Below are positions 31,320 to 39,307 of a DNA stretch of 58,917 nucleotides, one piece after another. The stretch is from Polyangiales bacterium (GTDB lineage: Bacteria; Myxococcota_A; Polyangia; Polyangiales; Polyangiaceae). The translations under genes and the position numbers were made by a program. Position 1 is the first letter of the stretch, and each line of letters begins with the position of its first letter. The stretch covers positions 1 to 58,917 of the forward strand of contig JBBRNJ010000058.1 of assembly GCA_038230375.1 (NCBI GenBank), given 5' to 3'. The notes beneath the pieces are model-generated. The model was not told the origin of the DNA. It did no database searches and was given only the letters and a program-made list of their open reading frames with translations.

Positions 31320-33346
31320 TCCCTGGCCGCGACGTGCTCCGCGTCGCCGCCATGGGTTTGCTCGCGGGCGTGGCGTGTGGAGGCGGCTCCTCCGTTTCCG
31401 CAGCGCCGCCGACGTTGTCGATGTTCGCGCTGCCCAACGCGCTGTCGGAGCTCGATGGGGATCGCTTCTTCGACCACCCGTGGCCGAGCGCGCTCCGCAT
31501 GGACGCGGACGGAACGATCCACCACCACGGGTTCTACAATCCGACGAAGGCGGTCGTGGTGGAGGACTACATCAACGCGACCCGCGGGCGGCTCCATGGC
31601 TTCTCTCCGGCCGCTGCGATCACGCTTCGTTTCTCGGGCGATCTGGACACGGCAACCCTTCCCGAGGAGCCCACGGCGACGCTCTCGCCCGATGCGTCGG
31701 TGCAGCTCGTGGACGTGGATCCTGCGTCGCCCGAGCGCGGGTCGCGGCGCCTGGCGCAGGTGAGCTTCCGCGCTGCGGAGGGCGTCTACTATCCCGCGGA
31801 CTCGCTGTTCGTGCTTCCTGCTCTCGGCCATCCGCTCCGACCAGGCACGCGGTATGCCGTCGTGGTCACGCGCGACGCGAAGGACGTGGCAGGTCGAGGC
31901 GTCGCGCCGTCGCCCGAGCTGTCTGCGGTGCTTGGCACTGGACCCGATGATCCGCGCGCGGCCCCAGCTCGCGCGGCGTTCGGCGATGCGGTGTCGCAGC
32001 TCGCGCAGGCCGGCGTGTCGGCGGATCGCATCGCGCACCTCACGGTCTTCACCACGGGTGATCCCACAGAGGAGACGCGGCGGATCGCGAGCTGGGTACG
32101 CACGAACGTGAAGACGCCCACCGCGACGGCTCTGCTCCAGAAGGAGCGCACCGCGTCGTTCGATGCGTACGAGGGGAGCTACGGTCCCTCGCCCAACTTC
32201 CAGAAGGGCGTTGCACCGTACGCGAAGCCTGCAGACGGCGGAGACTTCGCGTTCGATGCCGCGGGCGCGCCGATCTTGCAAGACACGTTCGACGCGCGGT
32301 TCGTGCTGCTGGTGCCGAACGCGGCCGTGTGTCCCATGCCCGCAAGCGGCTATCCGGTGGTGCTCTACGCGCACGGCACGGGAGGTGACTACCGATCACT
32401 CGTTGGCGACGGTACGGCTGACAGGCTCGCGCGGGCGTGCGTCGCGTCCGTGGGTGTGGACCAGATCTTCCACGGCACGCGACCCGGCGCGCCAAGCGAG
32501 TCGGACCCCAGCTACGAGAGCACGGTGGATCTGCTCTTTTACAACCTGAACAACATCGCGTCGGCGCGGACCGCGGGACGTCAGTCCGCCATCGACGTGC
32601 TGCAGGAGGCACGGCTCTTCACGGAGACGAAGCTGGTGGTGCCTGCGAACGTCTCGCGCACGGGCGCGCCGCTCTTGTTCGATGCGACGCGCCTGGGGTT
32701 CTTCGGGCACTCGCAGGGCTCGCTGAACGGCACGCTCTACCTCGCGATCGATGAGAGCGCGCGTGGAGGCGTGCTCTCCGGTGCAGGCAGCATGTTGACG
32801 GTGTCGCTGCTGGAGAAGACGAAGCCCGCGCCGAGCGTGGCCGCGGCGGTGCGCGCGTTGCTGGGTCTCACGCGGGACAAGGCGGCGGAGCTCGACGTGT
32901 TCCATCCGATCCTGAACCTCACGCAGACCATGCTCGACGCGATCGATCCGATCCACTACCAGCGCTTGCTCATCACCGAGCCGCTCGCAGGCGCCGCTCC
33001 GAAGAGCGTTCTCATGACCGAAGGCGTGAACGCAGATGGCAGCGGAGACAGCTTCGCGCCGCCGCACGGGATCGAGCTTGGCGCGGTCGCCACGGGCTTG
33101 CCGCGGCTGGCTCCGGGTGTGCACGCGATCGTCGAGGCCGGGTGGGTTGGTCTTGGCGACGTGGATGCCACCGCAGGCCTCATGGGGAACCTCGCGCACG
33201 GCAAGGCGACCGGCGCGCTTGCGCAGTTCTCGCCCACGCACGGCGAGGACGGGCATTTCGTGGCGTTCGACGAGCCCACTGCGCAGACACTGACGATAGT
33301 CTTCTTGCAGAGCCTGCTCGCCGGCGCTCCGAGGATCGGGCCATGA
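31316..33346 (+). CDS. Lipoprotein with N-terminal Ig-like region and alpha/beta hydrolase (lipase-like) domain
   Basis: VACGG lipobox; HPWPS, PLRPGTRYAVVVT, YAHGTGG, GHSQG nucleophile motif, C-terminal GHF. Confidence 0.75.
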   Translation: MIPGRDVLRVAAMGLLAGVACGGGSSVSAAPPTLSMFALPNALSELDGDRFFDHPWPSALRMDADGTIHHHGFYNPTKAVVVEDYINATRGRLHGFSPAAAITLRFSGDLDTATLPEEPTATLSPDASVQLVDVDPASPERGSRRLAQVSFRAAEGVYYPADSLFVLPALGHPLRPGTRYAVVVTRDAKDVAGRGVAPSPELSAVLGTGPDDPRAAPARAAFGDAVSQLAQAGVSADRIAHLTVFTTGDPTEETRRIASWVRTNVKTPTATALLQKERTASFDAYEGSYGPSPNFQKGVAPYAKPADGGDFAFDAAGAPILQDTFDARFVLLVPNAAVCPMPASGYPVVLYAHGTGGDYRSLVGDGTADRLARACVASVGVDQIFHGTRPGAPSESDPSYESTVDLLFYNLNNIASARTAGRQSAIDVLQEARLFTETKLVVPANVSRTGAPLLFDATRLGFFGHSQGSLNGTLYLAIDESARGGVLSGAGSMLTVSLLEKTKPAPSVAAAVRALLGLTRDKAAELDVFHPILNLTQTMLDAIDPIHYQRLLITEPLAGAAPKSVLMTEGVNADGSGDSFAPPHGIELGAVATGLPRLAPGVHAIVEAGWVGLGDVDATAGLMGNLAHGKATGALAQFSPTHGEDGHFVAFDEPTAQTLTIVFLQSLLAGAPRIGP

Positions 33347-33597
33347 GTCAGGACGAGAAGCTGAAGGACGAGTGGGCGCGCGCGCAGCAGTCGGGGCGCG
33401 CGATGAACCGCAAGAAGATGTTCGCAACGGGCGCAGGCATGGCAGTGACCTTCTTGCTGTCGGTGCCGATGATCGTCGCGTTGATAGCGGTCGACGCGAT
33501 GGACGACCGCATCGCGCTCGGCGTGGCGATCCTGGCGCTCTTCGTGGGCTGGTTCGTGCGGAACCGCTTGTGGCCGAAGGGCCAGTTCTCCCGCTGA
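33343..33597 (+). CDS. Small two-TM membrane protein (84 aa)
   Basis: ATGA overlap; MSQDEKLKDEWARAQQ... with two hydrophobic segments. Confidence 0.6.
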   Translation: MSQDEKLKDEWARAQQSGRAMNRKKMFATGAGMAVTFLLSVPMIVALIAVDAMDDRIALGVAILALFVGWFVRNRLWPKGQFSR

Positions 33598-33609
33598 GGC
33601 ACGCGCACT

Positions 33610-34461
33610 TCACGGGCACCGGCGCAGGAGCACGTCATCCACGTAGGCCGTCACCGTCTCCGGCGCGCCGCTCGTATACGGCACGCCGCACGCCACGTGG
33701 ACACCGTTCGTGTCGCCGAGCGCCGCAGCAACGCTGACGTGGCCGGAAGCGCTGAGGGGGGCGGCTTGTGTCACCGTGATCTCGGCGGTCACTCGACCGG
33801 CGCTGACCACGGCGTCGATGGAGACCTTGCACCAACCGAGGGGGCCTGCGGGCAGGCCGGGCAGCGCCGCCTTCTCCGACGACGAGCCGCCGTCAGCAAG
33901 GAACGTTGCCGCCGCCGCCGCGACTGGGCCGTTCGCGGCGTGCGCGAGGGAGATCACTGTATGGTCGGCCGGACCGACGTAGGTGAGCGTGCAGCCGTAC
34001 TCGACCTGCGCACCACTACCGCCGACCTCCGTCAACTTGACCGCATACGCGAGATGCGTCGTCGACGGGCCCGACGCGCCCACCCAGAGAAGCTGGGCGT
34101 TCAGGCCGATGTTGGAGATGATCGCGTTCGCCTTCATCGAGCCAGGAGGCGAAAACACCTCCATCCCGTCGAAGCCGACCGTGCCGCCATCCGACACCTG
34201 CGAGACCCAAGCCGATGGCGGAAACGCGGAGGCATCGTCGAAGCTCTCGGAGATCAGCACGGTGGCTCCCGACGGGCACGCTCCTTCGGGCGGCGTCCCC
34301 ATGGCACCGCCATCGGTCGACGAAACGCCACCGTCCGCAGCGCCATCGGTTGGACCGTTCGAATCGCTGCCAGTGAACGGCGAGCAGAAGACCGCAGCCT
34401 GGACGACGGCGCACGCGCAACATGCCAGGGCGATTCGACGCTTCAACCAGACCTCCACCAC
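33610..34461 (-). CDS. Secreted lipoprotein, hypothetical (beta-sandwich-like)
   Basis: Signal ...VFC-SPFTGSDS, DGG linker, ISESFD...YVDDVLL ends. Confidence 0.6.
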   Translation of the reverse strand: MVEVWLKRRIALACCACAVVQAAVFCSPFTGSDSNGPTDGAADGGVSSTDGGAMGTPPEGACPSGATVLISESFDDASAFPPSAWVSQVSDGGTVGFDGMEVFSPPGSMKANAIISNIGLNAQLLWVGASGPSTTHLAYAVKLTEVGGSGAQVEYGCTLTYVGPADHTVISLAHAANGPVAAAAATFLADGGSSSEKAALPGLPAGPLGWCKVSIDAVVSAGRVTAEITVTQAAPLSASGHVSVAAALGDTNGVHVACGVPYTSGAPETVTAYVDDVLLRRCP

Positions 34462-34464
34462 GTC

Positions 34465-37400
34465 TCAGACCGGGTCGCGGCGCTTCAGGATGATCAGCAT
34501 CACGATGATGAGGAAGAACGTCATTCCATACAGAACGCCAAGCGGAACGTAGAGCTGGTCCCACTCCGTGAACCCCCAGCCGCCGGCGAGCGAGTCACTG
34601 GCCATCTGCGCGAGCGCGCACTGGAAGTGACCGTTCTGGATGAAGTCGGGCGGGCTGTTCAGCTTTGGATCGCCCAGGTTGATGAGCCACGGGGGCTCCT
34701 GAACGATGGCCGCACGCTCTTGCGCGATCGCTCCTTCGAAGCCCCAGCGCGCCGGCATGATGTACATGAGCGGCCTGAGCATGGGGTTCGTGGTCATGGG
34801 GACCATGAGCCCTCCAAGGACGACCTGCGGGATGAGCGCGATCGGCGTGAGCGCCATCGCTGCCTCCGCGCTGGACACGACCGTGGAGAGAAGAAGGCCG
34901 AGCGCGCATGCGTTCATGCTCACGGCGATCATCACCACGAGCTCGATCAAGAACGCCTGGATGCCGCCTGAGAAGCCGAGCCCGAAGAACACGATGCCGA
35001 GCAGCATCGTGCACTGGATGACGCAGATGAACGACAGCAGGATGTACTTCGAGAGCACGTAGTTGATGAGATTCAGGTTCACCATGCGCTCGCGCAGGTA
35101 GATCGCCCTCTCGGTGACGATCTCGCGCGCTGAGTTGCTGGTGCCGAACCACACGCACGACACGACAACGAAGAACAGCGCGCCCGTGTGATCCTGCGTG
35201 GGCAGCATGTTGCCCAGGATGTCCGCGGACGTCTTGCCCGTGCTGCCGCGCTTGGAGAGCTCCTGCAGCGCGCCAAGGCACCAGAATGGAACGGCTTGTT
35301 TTTGCCCCGCGAAGACGAAGACGAGCATCACGGCGATGACCGGCGCCTGGAGGAACATGATGGCGGCGCCCGCGCGGTCGCGGATGCGCACCTTCCAGTA
35401 GCGCGACATGAGCAGCATCAGCTGCCGCATGAGCGCGACCCCCGCGCGCCCCGGTACACCGCGCGCAGCGGGCTCCGTGCCGACCGCGCGTCTGCCGGAG
35501 TACATCTGCTGGAAGACCGGGTTTTGCTGCTGGAAGAACTCGTTTCGCCAGCCGCGCGCCGCCTCGAGACGTGCCGTGTTCTTCGGCACGTTCGGGTCGC
35601 GCTTCTTCATCTCCTCGTGGACGAAGCGCTCGCGCACGTTGAGCATGTCGAACATGTCGCGCGGGTTGTCGATCTTCTGACCTGCGTGCTGCGTCTGGAA
35701 CTGACGATACGGGCTGTCCTGCCGCTCCGTGAGTGCGCCGAACGTGCGATAGCTCGCCTCACCAGTGGGGCCGAAGTACGTGGGGATGCCGCCGTAGCCC
35801 ATGATGAAGGCGAGATTGAACTTCTCGTACTCCTCACGCGCGGGCTGGTGGATCGTCATGATGATCGTCTTGCCCGTCTTCTTGGTGAGATCGGCGAGCA
35901 GGTTGATCAGCGCGGTGGTGTCGTCCGCGGCGAGACCCGAGGTGGGCTCGTCCAGGAAGAGGATGACGGGATCGGTCACGAGCTCGAGCGCGATGTTGAC
36001 GCGCTTGCGCTGGCCGCCGGAGAGGACCTTCTTCTCGGGCTTGCCGATCTGCAGGTTCTTCAGGCTCTCCAGACCAAGGTCCTTGAGCGTCTGCTCGACG
36101 CGCGCGTTGATCTCCTGGTCCGAGTAGTCCGGCGGGAGACGGAAGCGCGCGGAGTACTTCACGGCCTCGAACACCGTGAGCTCCGGATGGACGATGTCGT
36201 CCTGGGGCACGTAGCCGATGGAGCCGCGGAGCGCGTCGTAGATGGCGTAGAGATCTTCGCCGTTGATGCGCACCTGACCCGAGGTCGGCGGAAGATAGCC
36301 GTTCAACGTGAGGAGCAGCGTCGTCTTGCCGGCGCCCGACGGACCCATGAGCGCGATCATGTCGCCGGGGAGCGCCTTGAACGACACGTGGTCGAGCAAG
36401 GTCTTCATGGTCGACTTGTTGTCGCGGTCGGGCACCTCCAGCAAGAGGTCCCACGCCTCGATCTCGTAGAGCGGCTTTCCGGCCCAGCCGGACTGGTCCT
36501 CGACGACAACGTTGATCTTCTGATCCGCGATCTGGATCAGGAGCGGCATCGGGCCGATGAAGACCTTCTCGCCGTTCTGGATGGGAACGCGCTGCTTCGG
36601 GGCAAGGCGCGCGCCGCGCACGAACGTACCGTTCGCGGAGCCCTGGTCCTCCAGGAAGAGCTGGTCTCCCTGCTTCACGATCACCGCGTGGCGAGAGCTC
36701 ACCTGCGGATGGGCGACGACGATCTGGTTCTCTGGCGTACGGCCGATCGTGATGACCGCCTGATCGAGCTGCCTCATCGACAGCTCGCCGATGACGGTGC
36801 GGTGCTTCACGCGTCCGCCGCCCGCGTTCGCATGCGCGTTCGGATCGTGAGGCGCGCCCTGCGGCGGCATCCCCTGCGGTGCTCCTTGCGGCGGCATCCC
36901 TTGCGGCGGCATCCCTTGCGGCGCGGGAGCCCCCAGCGGCGGCCCCATCTGCGCGATCTGTGCGAGCACGCTCACCAGCACCGGCACGGGACCGAACGCC
37001 ACGATGCCATTCGGATCGAGCGGCACAGGCTGGTTCGGCGGGATGCGCTGCCCACCCACGTAGGTGCCGCTGGTGGAGCCGTTGTCCTGCACCATCATGC
37101 GGTCGAGGAAGACCGTCGCGTGGTTCGCACTGACAGCACCGTTCGCGATCACCAGCGATGCGGCGCTTGCCTCGCGCCCGATGACGAGCTGACCGCGCGG
37201 CACCTGTAGCTGCCCCGCGGACATCGCCATCTTGACGATCTCCGGATGCGAGAGCGGCACCGGCGCTGGGCCCACCATGAACTGCGTGCGGAAGTCGAAC
37301 GGGACGGGTTGCCCCGGCGCCACGGGCTGGCCGTTCGCGGTCGATGGGCCCTGGCCACCATCGATGAAGAACAGCGCGCCGTTCTGCCGCACGATCCGCG

Positions 37401-37485
37401 CATGCTTCGGGCCAACGCCCGGCGCCTGGAGGACGACTTCATTGTCCGGCGCGGCGCCGATCCCGATCTGCTCTTTTCCCAGCAT
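34465..37485 (-). CDS. FHA-domain ABC exporter (three FHA + NBD + ABC-2 permease; Rv1747-like)
   Basis: ATG 37485 (MLGKEQIGIG). FHA motifs IGAAPDN..GPKHA, IGREAS..SANHA..STSGTY, IGRTPEN..SSRHA..SANGTF; Walker A GPSGAGKT, LSGGQ, LFLDEPT, TIHQP; C-terminal TMs. Confidence 0.9.
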   Translation of the reverse strand: MLGKEQIGIGAAPDNEVVLQAPGVGPKHARIVRQNGALFFIDGGQGPSTANGQPVAPGQPVPFDFRTQFMVGPAPVPLSHPEIVKMAMSAGQLQVPRGQLVIGREASAASLVIANGAVSANHATVFLDRMMVQDNGSTSGTYVGGQRIPPNQPVPLDPNGIVAFGPVPVLVSVLAQIAQMGPPLGAPAPQGMPPQGMPPQGAPQGMPPQGAPHDPNAHANAGGGRVKHRTVIGELSMRQLDQAVITIGRTPENQIVVAHPQVSSRHAVIVKQGDQLFLEDQGSANGTFVRGARLAPKQRVPIQNGEKVFIGPMPLLIQIADQKINVVVEDQSGWAGKPLYEIEAWDLLLEVPDRDNKSTMKTLLDHVSFKALPGDMIALMGPSGAGKTTLLLTLNGYLPPTSGQVRINGEDLYAIYDALRGSIGYVPQDDIVHPELTVFEAVKYSARFRLPPDYSDQEINARVEQTLKDLGLESLKNLQIGKPEKKVLSGGQRKRVNIALELVTDPVILFLDEPTSGLAADDTTALINLLADLTKKTGKTIIMTIHQPAREEYEKFNLAFIMGYGGIPTYFGPTGEASYRTFGALTERQDSPYRQFQTQHAGQKIDNPRDMFDMLNVRERFVHEEMKKRDPNVPKNTARLEAARGWRNEFFQQQNPVFQQMYSGRRAVGTEPAARGVPGRAGVALMRQLMLLMSRYWKVRIRDRAGAAIMFLQAPVIAVMLVFVFAGQKQAVPFWCLGALQELSKRGSTGKTSADILGNMLPTQDHTGALFFVVVSCVWFGTSNSAREIVTERAIYLRERMVNLNLINYVLSKYILLSFICVIQCTMLLGIVFFGLGFSGGIQAFLIELVVMIAVSMNACALGLLLSTVVSSAEAAMALTPIALIPQVVLGGLMVPMTTNPMLRPLMYIMPARWGFEGAIAQERAAIVQEPPWLINLGDPKLNSPPDFIQNGHFQCALAQMASDSLAGGWGFTEWDQLYVPLGVLYGMTFFLIIVMLIILKRRDPV

Positions 37486-37525
37486 TCCGCCGCATCCTAC
37501 AGGATTTCTTCGGTGTGGGTCGGGG

Positions 37526-38671
37526 CTACTGCGGGGTGAGCTCAACGCCCGAGGCGCTTGGGGCGACGGTGGGCAGCGAGTGCGGGATCGGCCCCTGCAC
37601 GCGCTGATGCCTCCGCTCGATGACCACGTACAGGGCAACCAGGATGCCCACCGCGACGCACGCCAGAAGAAGGCCGATCGCGAGCGTCGCCTTGCTGCGC
37701 CGTGCGCGCGGAGGCTCGGTGCCCTCATCCCACCCGCTCGTGCTCGCCGGCGTGCGCGAGCCAGGTCGAGCTGCATTCGCTGGAAGCGCGGCCGCAGCGT
37801 TGGGCGCGGGCGGGCGCTCGGTCGTGGGTGTGCCGCTCGGCACGTCCGACGCGGCGACCTGCGGTGGCGGCGGCGTTCCGATGGCCGTGACCGTGGACGA
37901 CGAGACCACGGCATCGCGCTGCACCCGCGCCACGATGACGGTCGTATTGTCGTGACCGCCGCGCTCGAGCGCGAGCGCCACCAGACGCTTCGCGGCCTCC
38001 GGCTCGTCCGACTGCATCACGATGTTCAGGATCTCGTCGGGCAAAACCAGGTCCGAGAGGCCATCCGTGCAGAGTACATATACATCGCCGGAGAGGTGCG
38101 GCAGGGGCGTGGGCCGGACCTCGATCTCGATGTGCTCTGCGATGCCCAGCGCGCGCGTGATCTGGTTCGCGTCGGGATGCACGCGCGCCTCCTCCGGCGT
38201 GATGAGTCCCTGGTCCACCATGTCACGTACCTTCGAATGGTCGCGCGTCACCTGCGCGATGGTTCCACGGTGAACCAGGTACGCGCGGCTGTCGCCCGCA
38301 TGTGCGATCTCCGTGCCGTGCTCGTGCATGAGGATGGCCACGCACGTTGCGCCGGCGCGCAGCCGCTTGTGCTGGGAGAGCGCAAAGACCTTCGTGTTGG
38401 CCTCCCGCACCGCGTCGCCAAGCGCCTGCGCGGGTTCGCCTTCCCCCGTGCCGTGTAGCAGGCGCGCGACGATCTCATTCGCGGCGGTCTCGGCGGCGAG
38501 CCTGCCATTCTCGTGACCGCCCATGCCATCGCACACCAGACAGAGCAGCCCGAAGGGCGTGGCCACGGAGACCGCGACGTCCTCGTTGTCTTGCTTGTCG
38601 GGATCGAGCCCGGGATGGGAGAGGATGGCAGTCCTGGCGACATCCGTCTGCGGAAGAACCTTGGTGTCCAA
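37526..38671 (-). CDS. PP2C/PPM Ser/Thr phosphatase with C-terminal TM
   Basis: NED, CDGMGGH, HAGDSRAY, TRDHS, CTDGL, GGHDNTT; TTG start with GGAG RBS, 3 nt after the upstream stop. Confidence 0.92.
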   Translation of the reverse strand: MDTKVLPQTDVARTAILSHPGLDPDKQDNEDVAVSVATPFGLLCLVCDGMGGHENGRLAAETAANEIVARLLHGTGEGEPAQALGDAVREANTKVFALSQHKRLRAGATCVAILMHEHGTEIAHAGDSRAYLVHRGTIAQVTRDHSKVRDMVDQGLITPEEARVHPDANQITRALGIAEHIEIEVRPTPLPHLSGDVYVLCTDGLSDLVLPDEILNIVMQSDEPEAAKRLVALALERGGHDNTTVIVARVQRDAVVSSSTVTAIGTPPPPQVAASDVPSGTPTTERPPAPNAAAALPANAARPGSRTPASTSGWDEGTEPPRARRSKATLAIGLLLACVAVGILVALYVVIERRHQRVQGPIPHSLPTVAPSASGVELTPQ

Positions 38672-38674
38672 CGG

Positions 38675-39301
38675 CTACTCCACGCGGACGGTCATCTCGA
38701 CCGGCCCGAAGCGGAGCTGTGCCCCCGAGCGCACCGGCGTCCACTCGGACGCAGCGAGGCGCGCGCCGTCGACGAAGGTGCCGTTGTTGGAGGTCTCGTC
38801 GCGGACCCAGAGCTGCACGTGATCGAGCTTCAAGGTCGCGTGAACCCCGGAGACGCGCGGCTCGGTGAGGACGACTCCGCACTGCGACGGATCGCGACCC
38901 ACGGCGAGCTCGCTGCCGGCGCGCAGCACGTACTCGCCGCTGGCCCCCGTGAGCACGGCGCGCTCGGGTGCGGCGTATGGGTTTGCCGGAGGCACTGGCT
39001 TCGCCTCCTGGATCGCGCCCGTGAGCGGGTACATCGCCTGCGGTGCCGGCGTGAACGCAGGCGGCGCGGCCACTCCCGCAGGAGGAGCGGTGAACTGCGC
39101 GGGCGCGATGGGCGCGGGCGCGGCGGAGGGAATGAACGGCGCGGGCGCGACACCGAACGGCTCGACGCGGCCGATGGGCTGACCGCACGTGAAGCAAACC
39201 GCGCCTGCGCCGGACGCAGCGCGCGACATGGCGCCGCACGATGGACAACGGACCTCCACCAGGGCGGCCGTTACCGAGCCGCCAGCAGGTCGGTCCGCTA
39301 T
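38675..39301 (-). CDS. Zn-ribbon + Pro/Ala linker + FHA domain; -1 frame extension of the upstream VWA protein (or a separate 194-aa ORF from GTG 39259)
   Basis: CPSC...CFTC, VGRDPSQC..SGVHA..SNNGTF. The frame stays open upstream through the slippery site, and there is no SD before GTG 39259. Confidence 0.8.
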   Translation of the reverse strand: MADRPAGGSVTAALVEVRCPSCGAMSRAASGAGAVCFTCGQPIGRVEPFGVAPAPFIPSAAPAPIAPAQFTAPPAGVAAPPAFTPAPQAMYPLTGAIQEAKPVPPANPYAAPERAVLTGASGEYVLRAGSELAVGRDPSQCGVVLTEPRVSGVHATLKLDHVQLWVRDETSNNGTFVDGARLAASEWTPVRSGAQLRFGPVEMTVRVE

Positions 39302-39307
39302 AAAGGG
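39263..39307 (-). other. Candidate programmed -1 ribosomal frameshift signal (slippery heptamer + H-type pseudoknot)
   Basis: mRNA reads C_CCU_UUA (39307-39301), UAGCGG spacer, S1 ACCGA, L1 CCUGCU, S2 GGCGGC, S1' UCGGU, L3 AACG, S2' GCCGCC. Confidence 0.7.

Noticed and set aside
37486..37914. N-terminal extension of the ABC exporter in the ORF track, or a PP2C-ABC frameshift fusion
   Set aside because: The extension is Arg-rich nonsense overlapping the PP2C gene, I see no slippery heptamer, and ATG 37485 has an upstream AGGA.
39271..39300. In-frame UAG readthrough (pyrrolysine or suppression) joining the VWA and FHA ORFs
   Set aside because: Frame 0 hits TAA after eight more codons (39273-39271); the FHA domain is in the -1 frame.
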